Below are positions 31,137-40,965 of a stretch of DNA of 64,000 nucleotides, piece after piece (within the stretch, counting starts at the first letter, position 1; the number at the start of each line of letters is the position of its first letter). The stretch comes from Wickerhamiella versatilis. Lineage: Eukaryota. The position numbers and the translations under genes are program-made. The notes under the pieces were generated by a model. The model did no database searches and had not been told where the DNA came from. It saw nothing but the letters and a program-made list of their open reading frames with translations. The DNA is taken from NCBI GenBank assembly GCA_030867685.1, contig JAQOWU010000007.1, forward strand, positions 1,798,001 to 1,862,000, given 5' to 3'.

Positions 31137-31589
31137 ATGTGGCTTCCTGCTGCTATACTTTCGTTATTGAATGTTATAAGCCTTGTTCTGGCAAATGCAG
31201 AAGTCATATCATTTCATCATAATTCGCTGAACTCAGGTGTCGACCCAGTACTTAGCCCAAACTCTAGCTACCAGGGAAGCTTTACTGATGATCTTGATCT
31301 TCGGCTCAGGTTGGTTTCACCACCAGGTAATTATTTTGCACGTGTATGCTGGCCAGCAAGCCATCCAGCAGACCTTTCGGTCTCTTATGAAGATGGGTTA
31401 GTTATTGTAAAGGGTGATCGCAGTGATGTGGTCCCCTTGAACTTGGACAAGCATCCTGGCAGTGTTCCATTCGAAGTTATACTGTCGGAGTCAAAGTTTG
31501 GGATTCCAATGGATGTCATGCCAACCATAGTCGCTGTTACTATTGCCGGTCTTGGTGGGGTTCTTTTCTATACCATATTGGTGAAATAG
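31137..31589 (+). CDS. PGA1: GPI mannosyltransferase II co-subunit Pga1-like
   Basis: Signal peptide ending LANAE, RVCWPASHP motif, C-terminal TM. Confidence 0.7.
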   Translation: MWLPAAILSLLNVISLVLANAEVISFHHNSLNSGVDPVLSPNSSYQGSFTDDLDLRLRLVSPPGNYFARVCWPASHPADLSVSYEDGLVIVKGDRSDVVPLNLDKHPGSVPFEVILSESKFGIPMDVMPTIVAVTIAGLGGVLFYTILVK

Positions 31590-31860
31590 TGTGGTACTGC
31601 CCTAACCTCATGCGCTATCAAGGTTCCATGAAACTGAGCAAAAATGGATAAAATACGGATTAAAATCGCCCCAATGTGGGATTTTCTTCTATTTTATTAT
31701 CGTTTGTCTTGACCATGTGCTGTCAAAACCACCGTTTGTTCCCAATTCCTGCGAAAGTTCTAATTTATCTCTACCCTGCACCACACGAGGATATGGATAT
31801 ATAAGCAGCGCACACCCCCAAACTTAACTTTTCCCTTATCCTTCTCTCCCCTCCCCATAG

Positions 31861-32052
31861 ATGCATTTTTTCTTGTTCACTACCTGCTTGACCATACTTG
31901 GAGGGGTCACTGCGGCCTCAAACTCAACATCAAATCGTACTTCGCCAACCGCTAACAACCCAACTACTGGTACCCGCAATGATGCCGCTCAAAATCTAGC
32001 TTGGAGTGTAGTGTCCCTTGGTGCCATCGGTGCGGCTACTTTATTGCTATGA
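31861..32052 (+). CDS. Small secreted, probably GPI-anchored S/T/N-rich protein (63 aa)
   Basis: Signal peptide, N-glycosylation sequons NST and NRT, omega-like NDA followed by a hydrophobic tail; TATATAA at ~31798. Confidence 0.75.
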   Translation: MHFFLFTTCLTILGGVTAASNSTSNRTSPTANNPTTGTRNDAAQNLAWSVVSLGAIGAATLLL

Positions 32053-32238
32053 TGCTTCTGCCTTGTTCTCGGGCTACTGATAGTCCTGGCATTTTCATAA
32101 TATAATCATTATTCTATACTAGCTCATTAATTATCGCTATAACCTGTAATGCGCCTATTGCGTGCCCAAGATTGTAGCCTTGCGAACGAACCAGCTTGTA
32201 AACTATGATATACGCTTGATAGGTAGATGGAAAGAAGC

Positions 32239-32469
32239 CTAGTCCTCCACTATTTTACAGGATATACCTGAGCATGTAGTCACAGGACGAGAGTGTAGTG
32301 TACCACCCATTGAGACTAGGCTTAAGTTTGTCCAGTCATGAAAAGCTGCCTCAGCACTTTCTCCTGATGCAGATTTATTAGGAAAAATTGGAGATTCAAC
32401 ACTCGGCATATTTGGTGCTGTCAAAAGAAAACTTGACCTGGATTCTCTTGGCGACTTGACTTGGCTCAT
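32239..32469 (-). CDS. Possible small hypothetical protein
   Basis: 76-aa ATG ORF in an intergenic gap; no motif. Confidence 0.2.
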   Translation of the reverse strand: MSQVKSPRESRSSFLLTAPNMPSVESPIFPNKSASGESAEAAFHDWTNLSLVSMGGTLHSRPVTTCSGISCKIVED

Positions 32470-32928
32470 CACCGCTGGTTATTGGTAAACAATCTAAAAA
32501 AGCGCAACATGTGGTTCCAGGGCTAGGGCAAATGATATCACTCGGTGGTTATCTTCCTACACTGCTCAAAGCCAAGATGAAAATAGTGATTGCATTGGTT
32601 AATATCTTGCAGTGAAGAAGATAAGTATATAGATACCAAGTCCCAGCCAAATCAGGGCCTTGTACCCAGAAATAAGAGATGGGTAGGAGTGTCGATATCG
32701 ATTCTGCAATTCGTTAGAGAAAGTCAATCGCACACCATTTTTTAACTTCACTCGACCTGCGCTCCAAGAAATTCATTGAAGGTGTATTGCGATCTTTAAC
32801 TATCAATGAGATGGTCTTTATTGTACTTCTGCCATTGCAGTGAAATAGTTCTCGGCAGAGAACCCTTATCATGCAATATAATGGTTTATTTACGATATAC
32901 AAAATAAGAAAACCCGTGTTTTTGACTA

Positions 32929-34144
32929 ATGTCTTTCTACAAGCCACGACACCAGAAAATAAGCCCAGTTTACACTGGAGATTCTTGCTCACCTAACCCA
33001 CCATCATATAATCCATTCCAAGATAAGCGGTCGATCATTCTCTATCGGAGAGAATACTGCGTCCGTGCGAATATATACACCGGAGAATAGGACATGGTTC
33101 ACAAAAGGTGATGTAATTGCTGGTGTCGTCGTAATAAATATTCGGAGGGAAGTCCCAGTCGGCAAAATTACGGCTACTTTGAAATGCGTGGAGCACAACA
33201 AAGTTAGCCGAATTAAAGTGAAGGAAAGGTTGGGCACAACGGGAACTAGGGAAGTCAGGGTCGATAATGTAGAGAGATACGTGGGCGATCCTGTGCTTGT
33301 TGCAGATATTCGGAATCGCACGCCAGCATCACGAAAGCACGAATTCTATTTTCACGTTTCGATGCCGCACGAAATAAAAGTTATGCCCCCATCGTTCGAT
33401 AATTGGGAGCTCAGTTTTGGGCGGTGGGATTGGTATGGTGTGAATTGGCTTGTGGAGGTAGAGTTTGGTGGGCAAAATACGAAGCGACTTGAACCCGTAT
33501 CACAGAAGCTTCAGGTATTTCCTTTAGGTACTGAGCTCGTGAACAATGTCTACAGCAAAAAAAGTGTGCAAGGGTCTCTGGCGTTGCAGCTGGCGCCGCC
33601 AGCGAACAGGCGGGGCGTTCGCCGAATTCTCAATGTCGCTGAATACGGAAACGCTGTTGTAAAGTTGAATTTGTCGGCACCAAAATTTGCACAGGTAGGG
33701 AAATCTTTGAATGTTACGCTGGGAATAGAGAGTGGGCTCAGCGATGCGTTGCTCCTAGAACGCGTGTCAGTAAGGTTTTGCTCCGCTGCGAAGGCCTCTT
33801 CGGCGGATTGGAGAGGACGTAATGAATACGATGTGATTTTGGCTGAGTGGGAGCCCTATGCAATACTTCCTCAAGGACTATTGGACTTAACGCCCGAATT
33901 CCACCGCAACTTACAAACACCAACGCTCTGGTCCTGTGACTTTTCTACGGATACGCTTTCCGTGACGCACTTCATACGCTGCAATGTCAGAATTAGCGGT
34001 AAATGGTCCCGGCAAGCACACAGAGTGTTAAGTATACGTCAGAAATTAACCGTCGCTCCACCCTTCTTAGCTGTTGGGCAAAAGCCGGAAAAGCAGCCAG
34101 AATATCTACCGAATTATGAGCAAGCCATAGAAGGGCAACCCTGA
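32929..34144 (+). CDS. Alpha-arrestin-like Rsp5 adaptor; 5' end needs an intron or frameshift
   Basis: FTKGDVIAGVVVI arrestin-N start, HEFYFHVSMP..MPPSF, beta-rich body, C-terminal LPNY (L/PPxY). The main frame is open from 32963 without ATG; nearest ATG is 32929 in another frame. Confidence 0.65.
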
Positions 34145-34295
34145 TAGCCGTCTGACATCCCTTGTCGTATCTAATATTTGAAATTCTTGCGTTAAATGCT
34201 CTAATCATCTAGCCTGAAATATACGAAACTAAAAGTCCTACTTAGAGATTTTGTATGCTAATTTAACTTGTTTTTTTTGTTCTTTTTTCCTTGTT

Positions 34296-36887
34296 CTAAC
34301 GACTTGGTGGCCCAAACCAGCCCTGAGCCGGCGGAGACAGAAGTGGTTGGGCACGTGCATCGCCAGTATCATAGGGAACGTTATTACCCCACCAGTTCAC
34401 AACAAATTGATACTTGTATTCCGTGGCAAAGAACATCAGTAGGCCTGCGTAACCAACACCAACGTCAAGCGAATTTGCCAGGATATAAGCATATTTAGAC
34501 CACCATAGGGGATAGATCTTTTTAACACCCCAAAATCCGAGATTCGTGAAGAAGAGACCGAATCCACTAGTCATTAGATTGTTGGGTGCCCAGTTAATTG
34601 CTGTTATCACTGCCATTTCATGTATATGATGAATTAACCAATCGGCCTTTCGCGTGTATCGTGGTAGATACGTTCGTGCAATCCAAAATGGTATTGGGTA
34701 GAAAACACCCACTAGCATACACCACTTTAAACCAGGATACATATTCTGCAACAGAGTCCGGGGCCCAATAAGACCCCACTGAATTCCAGCGTTGAAAAAT
34801 CCTCTGGCTGTTTGGCACGTAAACTTGTCATGGTTTAAGGGATCGCACATATCAGGAACACCCCCCGTCACCTGCCACCACAGGATACACGACTGGACAA
34901 GACAGGATGCCAGCACTGAAAGTGTTTGTGCTATAAAAAGCCCTCTGGGAGCAATTCCGGTATAGTGTGCAGTTACCTGGTTGGTCAGGTAATTAGCGCC
35001 TTGGCTAAAAAAATTTGTAGCGAATACCTTTGAGACCATAAGTGCCTGGGCATTTCCCGGAATAGCATAACCAAGTATTAGCTCGTAGAGAATATTTATC
35101 TCGAACATAATAGTGGTCGTAGAGTATAAGTACCCAAATGGTATGCAGAAAATGACAGAAAGCCCAATACCAAAGAATATTGTCCATATTGGTGTATTCG
35201 TAAAGCTATAAATCTTCAAGCAAGCAATTGCCACGGCTAGCGATATTACAAGAAACCCCAAAAACCAAAGCTCAGGAACCTCCTTATACTTGCGTTGCGC
35301 TCGCGAAAACCGATCATCAAATGTATCCAATGCTTTCCCGGGCGACTTGATCCCCTTTAGAAAGATCTTGCAACCGCCTAGAATTTGATTGGAGTAGTTC
35401 AATCCTGCATAAACGATCATTGCAGGATAAGTCATTAACTGGGCACCATAAGTCACTAAAGTACCCGCGGTCCAAAATGGAGCACTATACGCGCGTAGTT
35501 TCTCCAAATCTAAATTTTTCTGCTGGTTCAGCACATTCGAAACATTGAATGGATTACCTCTGTTGTCATAGAGTGAGTTACCATTAACCGGCAGATAGGA
35601 AGTCCAGGTGACGTTCTTGAACCAAATTATCAAAATGACAACTGCACTGATAAGCATTCCCATCATCTGCATTGATATCGAGAAAACTGGAGTAATGATA
35701 GAATTTGGTCCTATATTGTTCCAATCAAATGTGTTGATGGGGTTAAGCGCTAATCCATTGATGCATCCAAATAGGCCTTGCACAACCGCCCTTTGGGGAG
35801 AAATCCAAGCCGGCCAGTCAAAGTACGACAGAAATTGGGCAAAATAATTAGTTACCCAGTACCATACAAAGGATATACCTGCAGCAGACATAAAAAATTC
35901 CCACCCACGAAGACGCCAGCCATTAATATTTGGTCGTGTTTCTACCTCTGTCAAAGACCGACAAACTGCGATGGAGGGAAGTACACTGTACCAAATGCAT
36001 CTTGTAGGATAAACCAGGAAAACTCTCAATATTCCTGCTATTCCAAAACCCATAAATGCTGAGGATAGAGTCAACATAATAATGTAGGTGAAATTAGCAG
36101 CCTCAGGCATGCCGAAAAAGCGGTCATTGCTTTGAGCCACAATAGCCTTCAAGCTGTATGGGGAGCCAACAGATACTGACATCGTTAGAGTAGCCAACAT
36201 CTGCTCTTTGAATGTCCATGGTCCACGGTTGATCCAAAAGCGGCGCCCGCGCCAAAGGGGGATCGACATTTCTGGGAGCTGAGCCCAAGCTTTCCCTGAA
36301 TACACAATGAGAATAAGAATTGTATTAGAACCAAGTGATATTTGGGGCCATCTATTGGCAAAGAAAGTATCTAAAGCACAACCGGCGCAAGCCCAGGCAA
36401 CTCCGAGAAAGATCACTCTAAAATTCACATAATTTTCTCCATTTTCATCAATAGGGCGTGTAACAGCTCGTACCTCAGGGTAAATTGACCAATCGTGAAT
36501 CAAAAAGGCTTCAAATTTTACGGCATGTTCCCATTCCTGTGCATGCTTCGGGTCCTCGGGACCCTTTATTAACGATTGAAGCTGAAGTAACTTGCCACTG
36601 CTCAAACAAGGGTCGTCTGCATGTTCTTCCAGTGCCCTTTCAAGTATTGCAATTGATTCCTCCAGCGTTCTATCATGCAAATGTTCAGCAATTATTTGAA
36701 GATCATCATCAGTGAGGGAAACGTGCTCATCACGACTGAGATAACGAAGCTCATTTTTCTCATCTTCATACCAATCAGTGGATTCAATGTGTTTCTCAAA
36801 TGGGCTTTTCGTGTCGAACACAGAGGATCCAGAGGATCCACTGGTGTGGCCCTTCTCTGAATGATTATCTTGTTTCGACCATGACAT
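34296..36887 (-). CDS. OPT-family oligopeptide transporter
   Basis: SIYPEVRAV (SPYxEVR-like), GPWTFKEQMLAT, YKEVPELWF, WGLIGP, WWGN. Confidence 0.93.
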   Translation of the reverse strand: MSWSKQDNHSEKGHTSGSSGSSVFDTKSPFEKHIESTDWYEDEKNELRYLSRDEHVSLTDDDLQIIAEHLHDRTLEESIAILERALEEHADDPCLSSGKLLQLQSLIKGPEDPKHAQEWEHAVKFEAFLIHDWSIYPEVRAVTRPIDENGENYVNFRVIFLGVAWACAGCALDTFFANRWPQISLGSNTILILIVYSGKAWAQLPEMSIPLWRGRRFWINRGPWTFKEQMLATLTMSVSVGSPYSLKAIVAQSNDRFFGMPEAANFTYIIMLTLSSAFMGFGIAGILRVFLVYPTRCIWYSVLPSIAVCRSLTEVETRPNINGWRLRGWEFFMSAAGISFVWYWVTNYFAQFLSYFDWPAWISPQRAVVQGLFGCINGLALNPINTFDWNNIGPNSIITPVFSISMQMMGMLISAVVILIIWFKNVTWTSYLPVNGNSLYDNRGNPFNVSNVLNQQKNLDLEKLRAYSAPFWTAGTLVTYGAQLMTYPAMIVYAGLNYSNQILGGCKIFLKGIKSPGKALDTFDDRFSRAQRKYKEVPELWFLGFLVISLAVAIACLKIYSFTNTPIWTIFFGIGLSVIFCIPFGYLYSTTTIMFEINILYELILGYAIPGNAQALMVSKVFATNFFSQGANYLTNQVTAHYTGIAPRGLFIAQTLSVLASCLVQSCILWWQVTGGVPDMCDPLNHDKFTCQTARGFFNAGIQWGLIGPRTLLQNMYPGLKWCMLVGVFYPIPFWIARTYLPRYTRKADWLIHHIHEMAVITAINWAPNNLMTSGFGLFFTNLGFWGVKKIYPLWWSKYAYILANSLDVGVGYAGLLMFFATEYKYQFVVNWWGNNVPYDTGDARAQPLLSPPAQGWFGPPSR

Positions 36888-37162
36888 TTTGGAATGGTAG
36901 GTAAATTTCCCTATAGAGCATTACTCCTTAAAGGACCAGAATAAGCTTCTAGTAGATTAAAATGAAGCATTGATCCTAACCCATTTATGTGATGAAAAGT
37001 GATTTCCAGTTCAGGACCTGCAAGAACAGAAAGTTGCAGTAACTAGATAGCTGCGAATTAAAAGGTGAAAGAATTAAAAGACAATTAAACAATAAAAGTG
37101 TCTTAAAGTGTTGATCGGGACAGTACAATAAGATTAAAGTTCCACTTCATTTCCGACTGGCA

Positions 37163-38473
37163 TTAGCATGGGCACATTCCGAATCCACGAGAAAATCCGG
37201 ATGCATCTCTAATGTTATCAATCCCACAGGCATACATTACAAGTCGCTCGAATCCTAGCCCATAACCTCCATGGGGGAAGCTACCGTATTTACGCAAATC
37301 AAGGTACCAATTCATGGCCGCGATGTCCATACCTAATGTAGACATGTGCTGGCGAAGCTTAAGCTCATCATGTTCACGCAATGAGCCGCCAACAATCTCC
37401 CCTATCTCGGGAAGCAGCACATCGAAGCAAGCTACAGTATTTGGTCCAGAGGGTAGCATATAAAAAGGCTTCTGATCAGAAGGATAATCAGTTACTACAG
37501 TGGGTGCATTCATAATAGTCCCGGCAAGAAACTTTTCGTGCTCGGAATTTAGTCCGTCAGTAGGTCTGTTAGAAACTAAGCCCTTATCGAATGCTTGTTC
37601 AAGAAGATTACAAGCCTCACGGTATTCAACAGCAGCCCATGGCTTCTCCAAAATTCTCCACCGAGATTCAAGTTTGTTGCATGCTTCACTCGTCCTTTTA
37701 GAAGCGAGCAAGTCCTCAGCTTGTCGCCCTCTGGGCACCGCGGACTTAACCTGACGCTCACAAAACCCCCAGAGCTCCTTTAAATTATTAACAAAAGCAA
37801 GCTCTGCCTCAATCATCCAAAACTCGCTTAGATGACGGTTAGTGTCTGATGCTTCTGCCCGAAAAGCTGGAGTTGCATTCCATACGCGGCCCAGGGCTGC
37901 TGCAAAAACTTCGAGATGTAGTTGGCTTGAAACAGTAAGGTATACAGGCTTCCCAAAAAATTCCTCAGAGCCAGCTATTTTAAAAGCCTCGCCAGCGCCT
38001 TCACAATCGCTAGCAGTCAGGATAGGTGAATTTACCTGAACACAATCTTCACTATTGAAAAAATTCGCGAACTGAGTAAGTGCCCAGGATCTGTATCTTA
38101 AGATCTGCTGTGCTTGTCGTGTCTTCCACCGTAACTGAGGCAGTTGACGCAAATACTCCGGTGAGTGGTACTTTTTTTGCAACGGGTAATCACCACCCGC
38201 AGGGCCAACGACTTTAACTTTTTCAGCTTCAAGCTCAACTTTCTGCTTGCCGATACTCTCTTTCAGGGTACCCTCTATCTCAACGCATGCTCCAGTATTG
38301 AGAGTGGGATGTTTCGCAGGATCCAGCACTACAGGAAGAGGACGCGGGGATGATCCATCAGTAAGGTCTGCAAAAGCCACTCTTTTCATCCGGCGTGAAC
38401 TTTCAACCCAACCATTTGCCACTGCTCGAGCGCCCGGGCCGACCTGCTCGAGCACCTTGAGCCGCGGATGCAT
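37163..38473 (-). CDS. SLM5: Mitochondrial asparaginyl-tRNA synthetase
   Basis: SPILTASDCEGAGEAF, YLTVSSQLHLE, FRAEASDTNRHLSEFWMIEAE, PHGGYGLGFER (bacterial-type AsnRS). Confidence 0.93.
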   Translation of the reverse strand: MHPRLKVLEQVGPGARAVANGWVESSRRMKRVAFADLTDGSSPRPLPVVLDPAKHPTLNTGACVEIEGTLKESIGKQKVELEAEKVKVVGPAGGDYPLQKKYHSPEYLRQLPQLRWKTRQAQQILRYRSWALTQFANFFNSEDCVQVNSPILTASDCEGAGEAFKIAGSEEFFGKPVYLTVSSQLHLEVFAAALGRVWNATPAFRAEASDTNRHLSEFWMIEAELAFVNNLKELWGFCERQVKSAVPRGRQAEDLLASKRTSEACNKLESRWRILEKPWAAVEYREACNLLEQAFDKGLVSNRPTDGLNSEHEKFLAGTIMNAPTVVTDYPSDQKPFYMLPSGPNTVACFDVLLPEIGEIVGGSLREHDELKLRQHMSTLGMDIAAMNWYLDLRKYGSFPHGGYGLGFERLVMYACGIDNIRDASGFSRGFGMCPC

Positions 38474-38542
38474 TTTCTTACGTTACTTACACCACCCTCC
38501 AAGGCCCACCCAGGGACCTTACCCTACCCCATTTCGCCACTC

Positions 38543-38827
38543 ATGATGTCTAGTCACTGGGTGCTTGTAGGTTCTTCTGGCTCTGAAAGTGAAGAGCATG
38601 TGGAAAATAGCACTAGTGATGAAGAATCTGATGGGGGTGTTGTTGATAGTGACCTTGATGCACCTCTTGCAGACCTCGTAGCGAAACAACGAAGCTTAAG
38701 CGAGAGTGCTCGTCTCCCACCACCTCCACCACCACCACCATCTCCTTCAAAAGTATATGGTGTGAGCATTGCACTTGTTTTGTTTGGCATTGGGCTTGGC
38801 ATAGGGTTCTATATACGGGAGTTTTGA
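38543..38827 (+). CDS. Small tail-anchored protein (94 aa) with N-terminal WxxV motif, acidic/Ser region and poly-Pro
   Basis: MMSSHWVLVGSSGSESEE...PPPPPPPP...VYGVSIALVLFGIGLGIGFYIREF*; divergent from SLM5 across 69 bp, like other gene pairs here. Confidence 0.7.
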   Translation: MMSSHWVLVGSSGSESEEHVENSTSDEESDGGVVDSDLDAPLADLVAKQRSLSESARLPPPPPPPPSPSKVYGVSIALVLFGIGLGIGFYIREF

Positions 38828-39148
38828 CTCAATTCCGATATTACGAGAACACAATGTGTGTCATTTGATTTTATTTATACTAGAGCCAATTCAATTATTT
38901 GAATATGATATATGGAGTCTACAAGACCTATCAACTATGAGAGTTTTGTATCACTATTTGAGTGCCCTTTTAAACTGTGTAAGAACGCTGAGAAGAAGTA
39001 CGTCTATGCCATCACAATACTTCCTTTTACACCAGAAGATATTTAACGAAACATTTTAGTTTATCTGTGAACTAATGGCGCATGATACTGCCGCCCTGTG
39101 AAACGTTTAGGTCATCAAAGTGCTAGCTCAGTGTTATAGTGATGACAT

Positions 39149-40891
39149 ATGGGGGGAGACAAGAGTGTGACAGGAACTAGTTCACCGACTGAGCCTGCAA
39201 CATCGCAAGATACTGCCTTACCAGAATCCTCTCCTTCTAGTAATAATGGCAATGAAACGGGTATAGCCTCTAGCGATGACGATTTGGGAGATCTTGAGCA
39301 GACACAGCCGGGTAGGCACACCACAGAGGAAGCACTTGAGATGTTTCGACGATTCAATCAGCAAGACACTAAGGCTAAATCGAACTTACCCGAGGAAGTT
39401 CCTGATACCATCCCTATAAAGTCAACAGACGGCTCATCCCAGGACCAGGCACCTGTATCTATAGATGAGGGCCCCGAAACAGCGCGCGATATACCACATT
39501 CACCTGAGCTCACACCAGGGTCGGCAAGCTTGCAGCATAATCCCACATATATAGCTCCACCGAGTCTGCGGCCTCGAAACAGATGGCTTCAAACACCAAC
39601 AAGGCATGCATCAACCAATCTCTCGACCGATTTACTTGGACTAGAGACACAGGACCCAATACCGCCCTCGGAAATATGTATTTTATTGATGGTTAACGAC
39701 AAGTGGATACCACATTTAGTTTCTGTCTCCGCATGGGCTCAGAGGACAGCTGCAACAGTCAAGACACCTGGCGGCTGGTCAAGGTCGTTACCATTAGACC
39801 ATGGTTCTGTTTTTGATCTGGATGTTGGTGATATTGTAAAAGTCGATCGACCGAGGTACAGAAGGTATTCTTGGGAAGTCAAAAGTGGAAATAATAAAGG
39901 CGGATCTGCCTTTCGAACTGCCCAAGGCTTCAGTCATTTTGTTCTTTCCCAGAGACCCAATTCTAAAGAGACAATCACGGTATCTGTGGCAGAAATTTAT
40001 CTCAGCATACCTTTACACCGTAAGTGGCTTGAACGTCATGACCCTGAAACTTTAAGACCAGGTTCATCACCCCCTCACAAAAGACATAGACGCGAGTTTG
40101 CTGGCCCCAAAACTTATACAGACGACCTGAGCGACATTGAAGAGGCTTCTGAGCCTAAGTCAATTGATCTGGCTGAAGAGGACCCCAAAGGGATATTTCA
40201 AGGATGCTTATTTTCACTAACCATGATAAATGATGCCAATATTGAGTCGATTATAAGAAAAAATGGTGGCCGAATCCTTCCTTTCGGTCTAAGTGACATT
40301 GTCAGTGACGAATTATCATCCTATGACTTTGGTGGCGCTCAGTTCATAGCCTGTATCGCTTCTCGCTCCACAAAAACGCCCAAGTTCGTGGAGATGCTGG
40401 CTTGCGCGTGGCCATGCATTACGCCCTCATTCATTTTTGAGTCCGTTGAGGCACAAAGGTTTCTGGATTGGCGCCGCTATGTGCTGCCAGCAGCTCCAGA
40501 TGTTAATTCTGATGTTACCTATTTCTGGGAGAAATGGCATGCAAGTTGGGATTTGAATGACCAGTTTCGAACGCGTACAAAGGTCATAGATATTGGGGTG
40601 CCCGTCTATATCGTGAAACCAGCTATTTCCACTCCCGATGACATGAGTGCACGGTTATTATTTATTGCACGGCTAGTCTTTCCGCATCTGATAGAAAGTC
40701 ATTCTTTGGCGAAAATACCCCATGGGTCGTTGGCAATCGACCTCGGCCGGCGGGATGGCTCTCCGGATTTATTAACAGCGCGAAGTTTAACATCGCAATT
40801 TGGGCTACGCGATTCATGTACTGTGGGCTACGACTGGCTAGTAGCCTCGGTCATTAGTAGACAAGTGGCCTCAGATCTAAAAATGTTATAA
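39149..40891 (+). CDS. RAD9: Rad9/Crb2/53BP1-like checkpoint adaptor (SQ/TQ sites, tandem BRCT), shortened
   Basis: GIFQGCLFSLT...IIRKNGGRIL...TKTPKFVEMLACAWPCITPSFI and terminal YDWLVASVI; TSQD/QTQP/SSQD/ETQD sites. Confidence 0.75.
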   Translation: MGGDKSVTGTSSPTEPATSQDTALPESSPSSNNGNETGIASSDDDLGDLEQTQPGRHTTEEALEMFRRFNQQDTKAKSNLPEEVPDTIPIKSTDGSSQDQAPVSIDEGPETARDIPHSPELTPGSASLQHNPTYIAPPSLRPRNRWLQTPTRHASTNLSTDLLGLETQDPIPPSEICILLMVNDKWIPHLVSVSAWAQRTAATVKTPGGWSRSLPLDHGSVFDLDVGDIVKVDRPRYRRYSWEVKSGNNKGGSAFRTAQGFSHFVLSQRPNSKETITVSVAEIYLSIPLHRKWLERHDPETLRPGSSPPHKRHRREFAGPKTYTDDLSDIEEASEPKSIDLAEEDPKGIFQGCLFSLTMINDANIESIIRKNGGRILPFGLSDIVSDELSSYDFGGAQFIACIASRSTKTPKFVEMLACAWPCITPSFIFESVEAQRFLDWRRYVLPAAPDVNSDVTYFWEKWHASWDLNDQFRTRTKVIDIGVPVYIVKPAISTPDDMSARLLFIARLVFPHLIESHSLAKIPHGSLAIDLGRRDGSPDLLTARSLTSQFGLRDSCTVGYDWLVASVISRQVASDLKML

Positions 40892-40965
40892 CAGTTTCTT
40901 TTTAAGCGAGTTAAAATCGTTTTCTCTTATGTTAATATTAGATCTAACTCAACAAAAAGTTTTAT

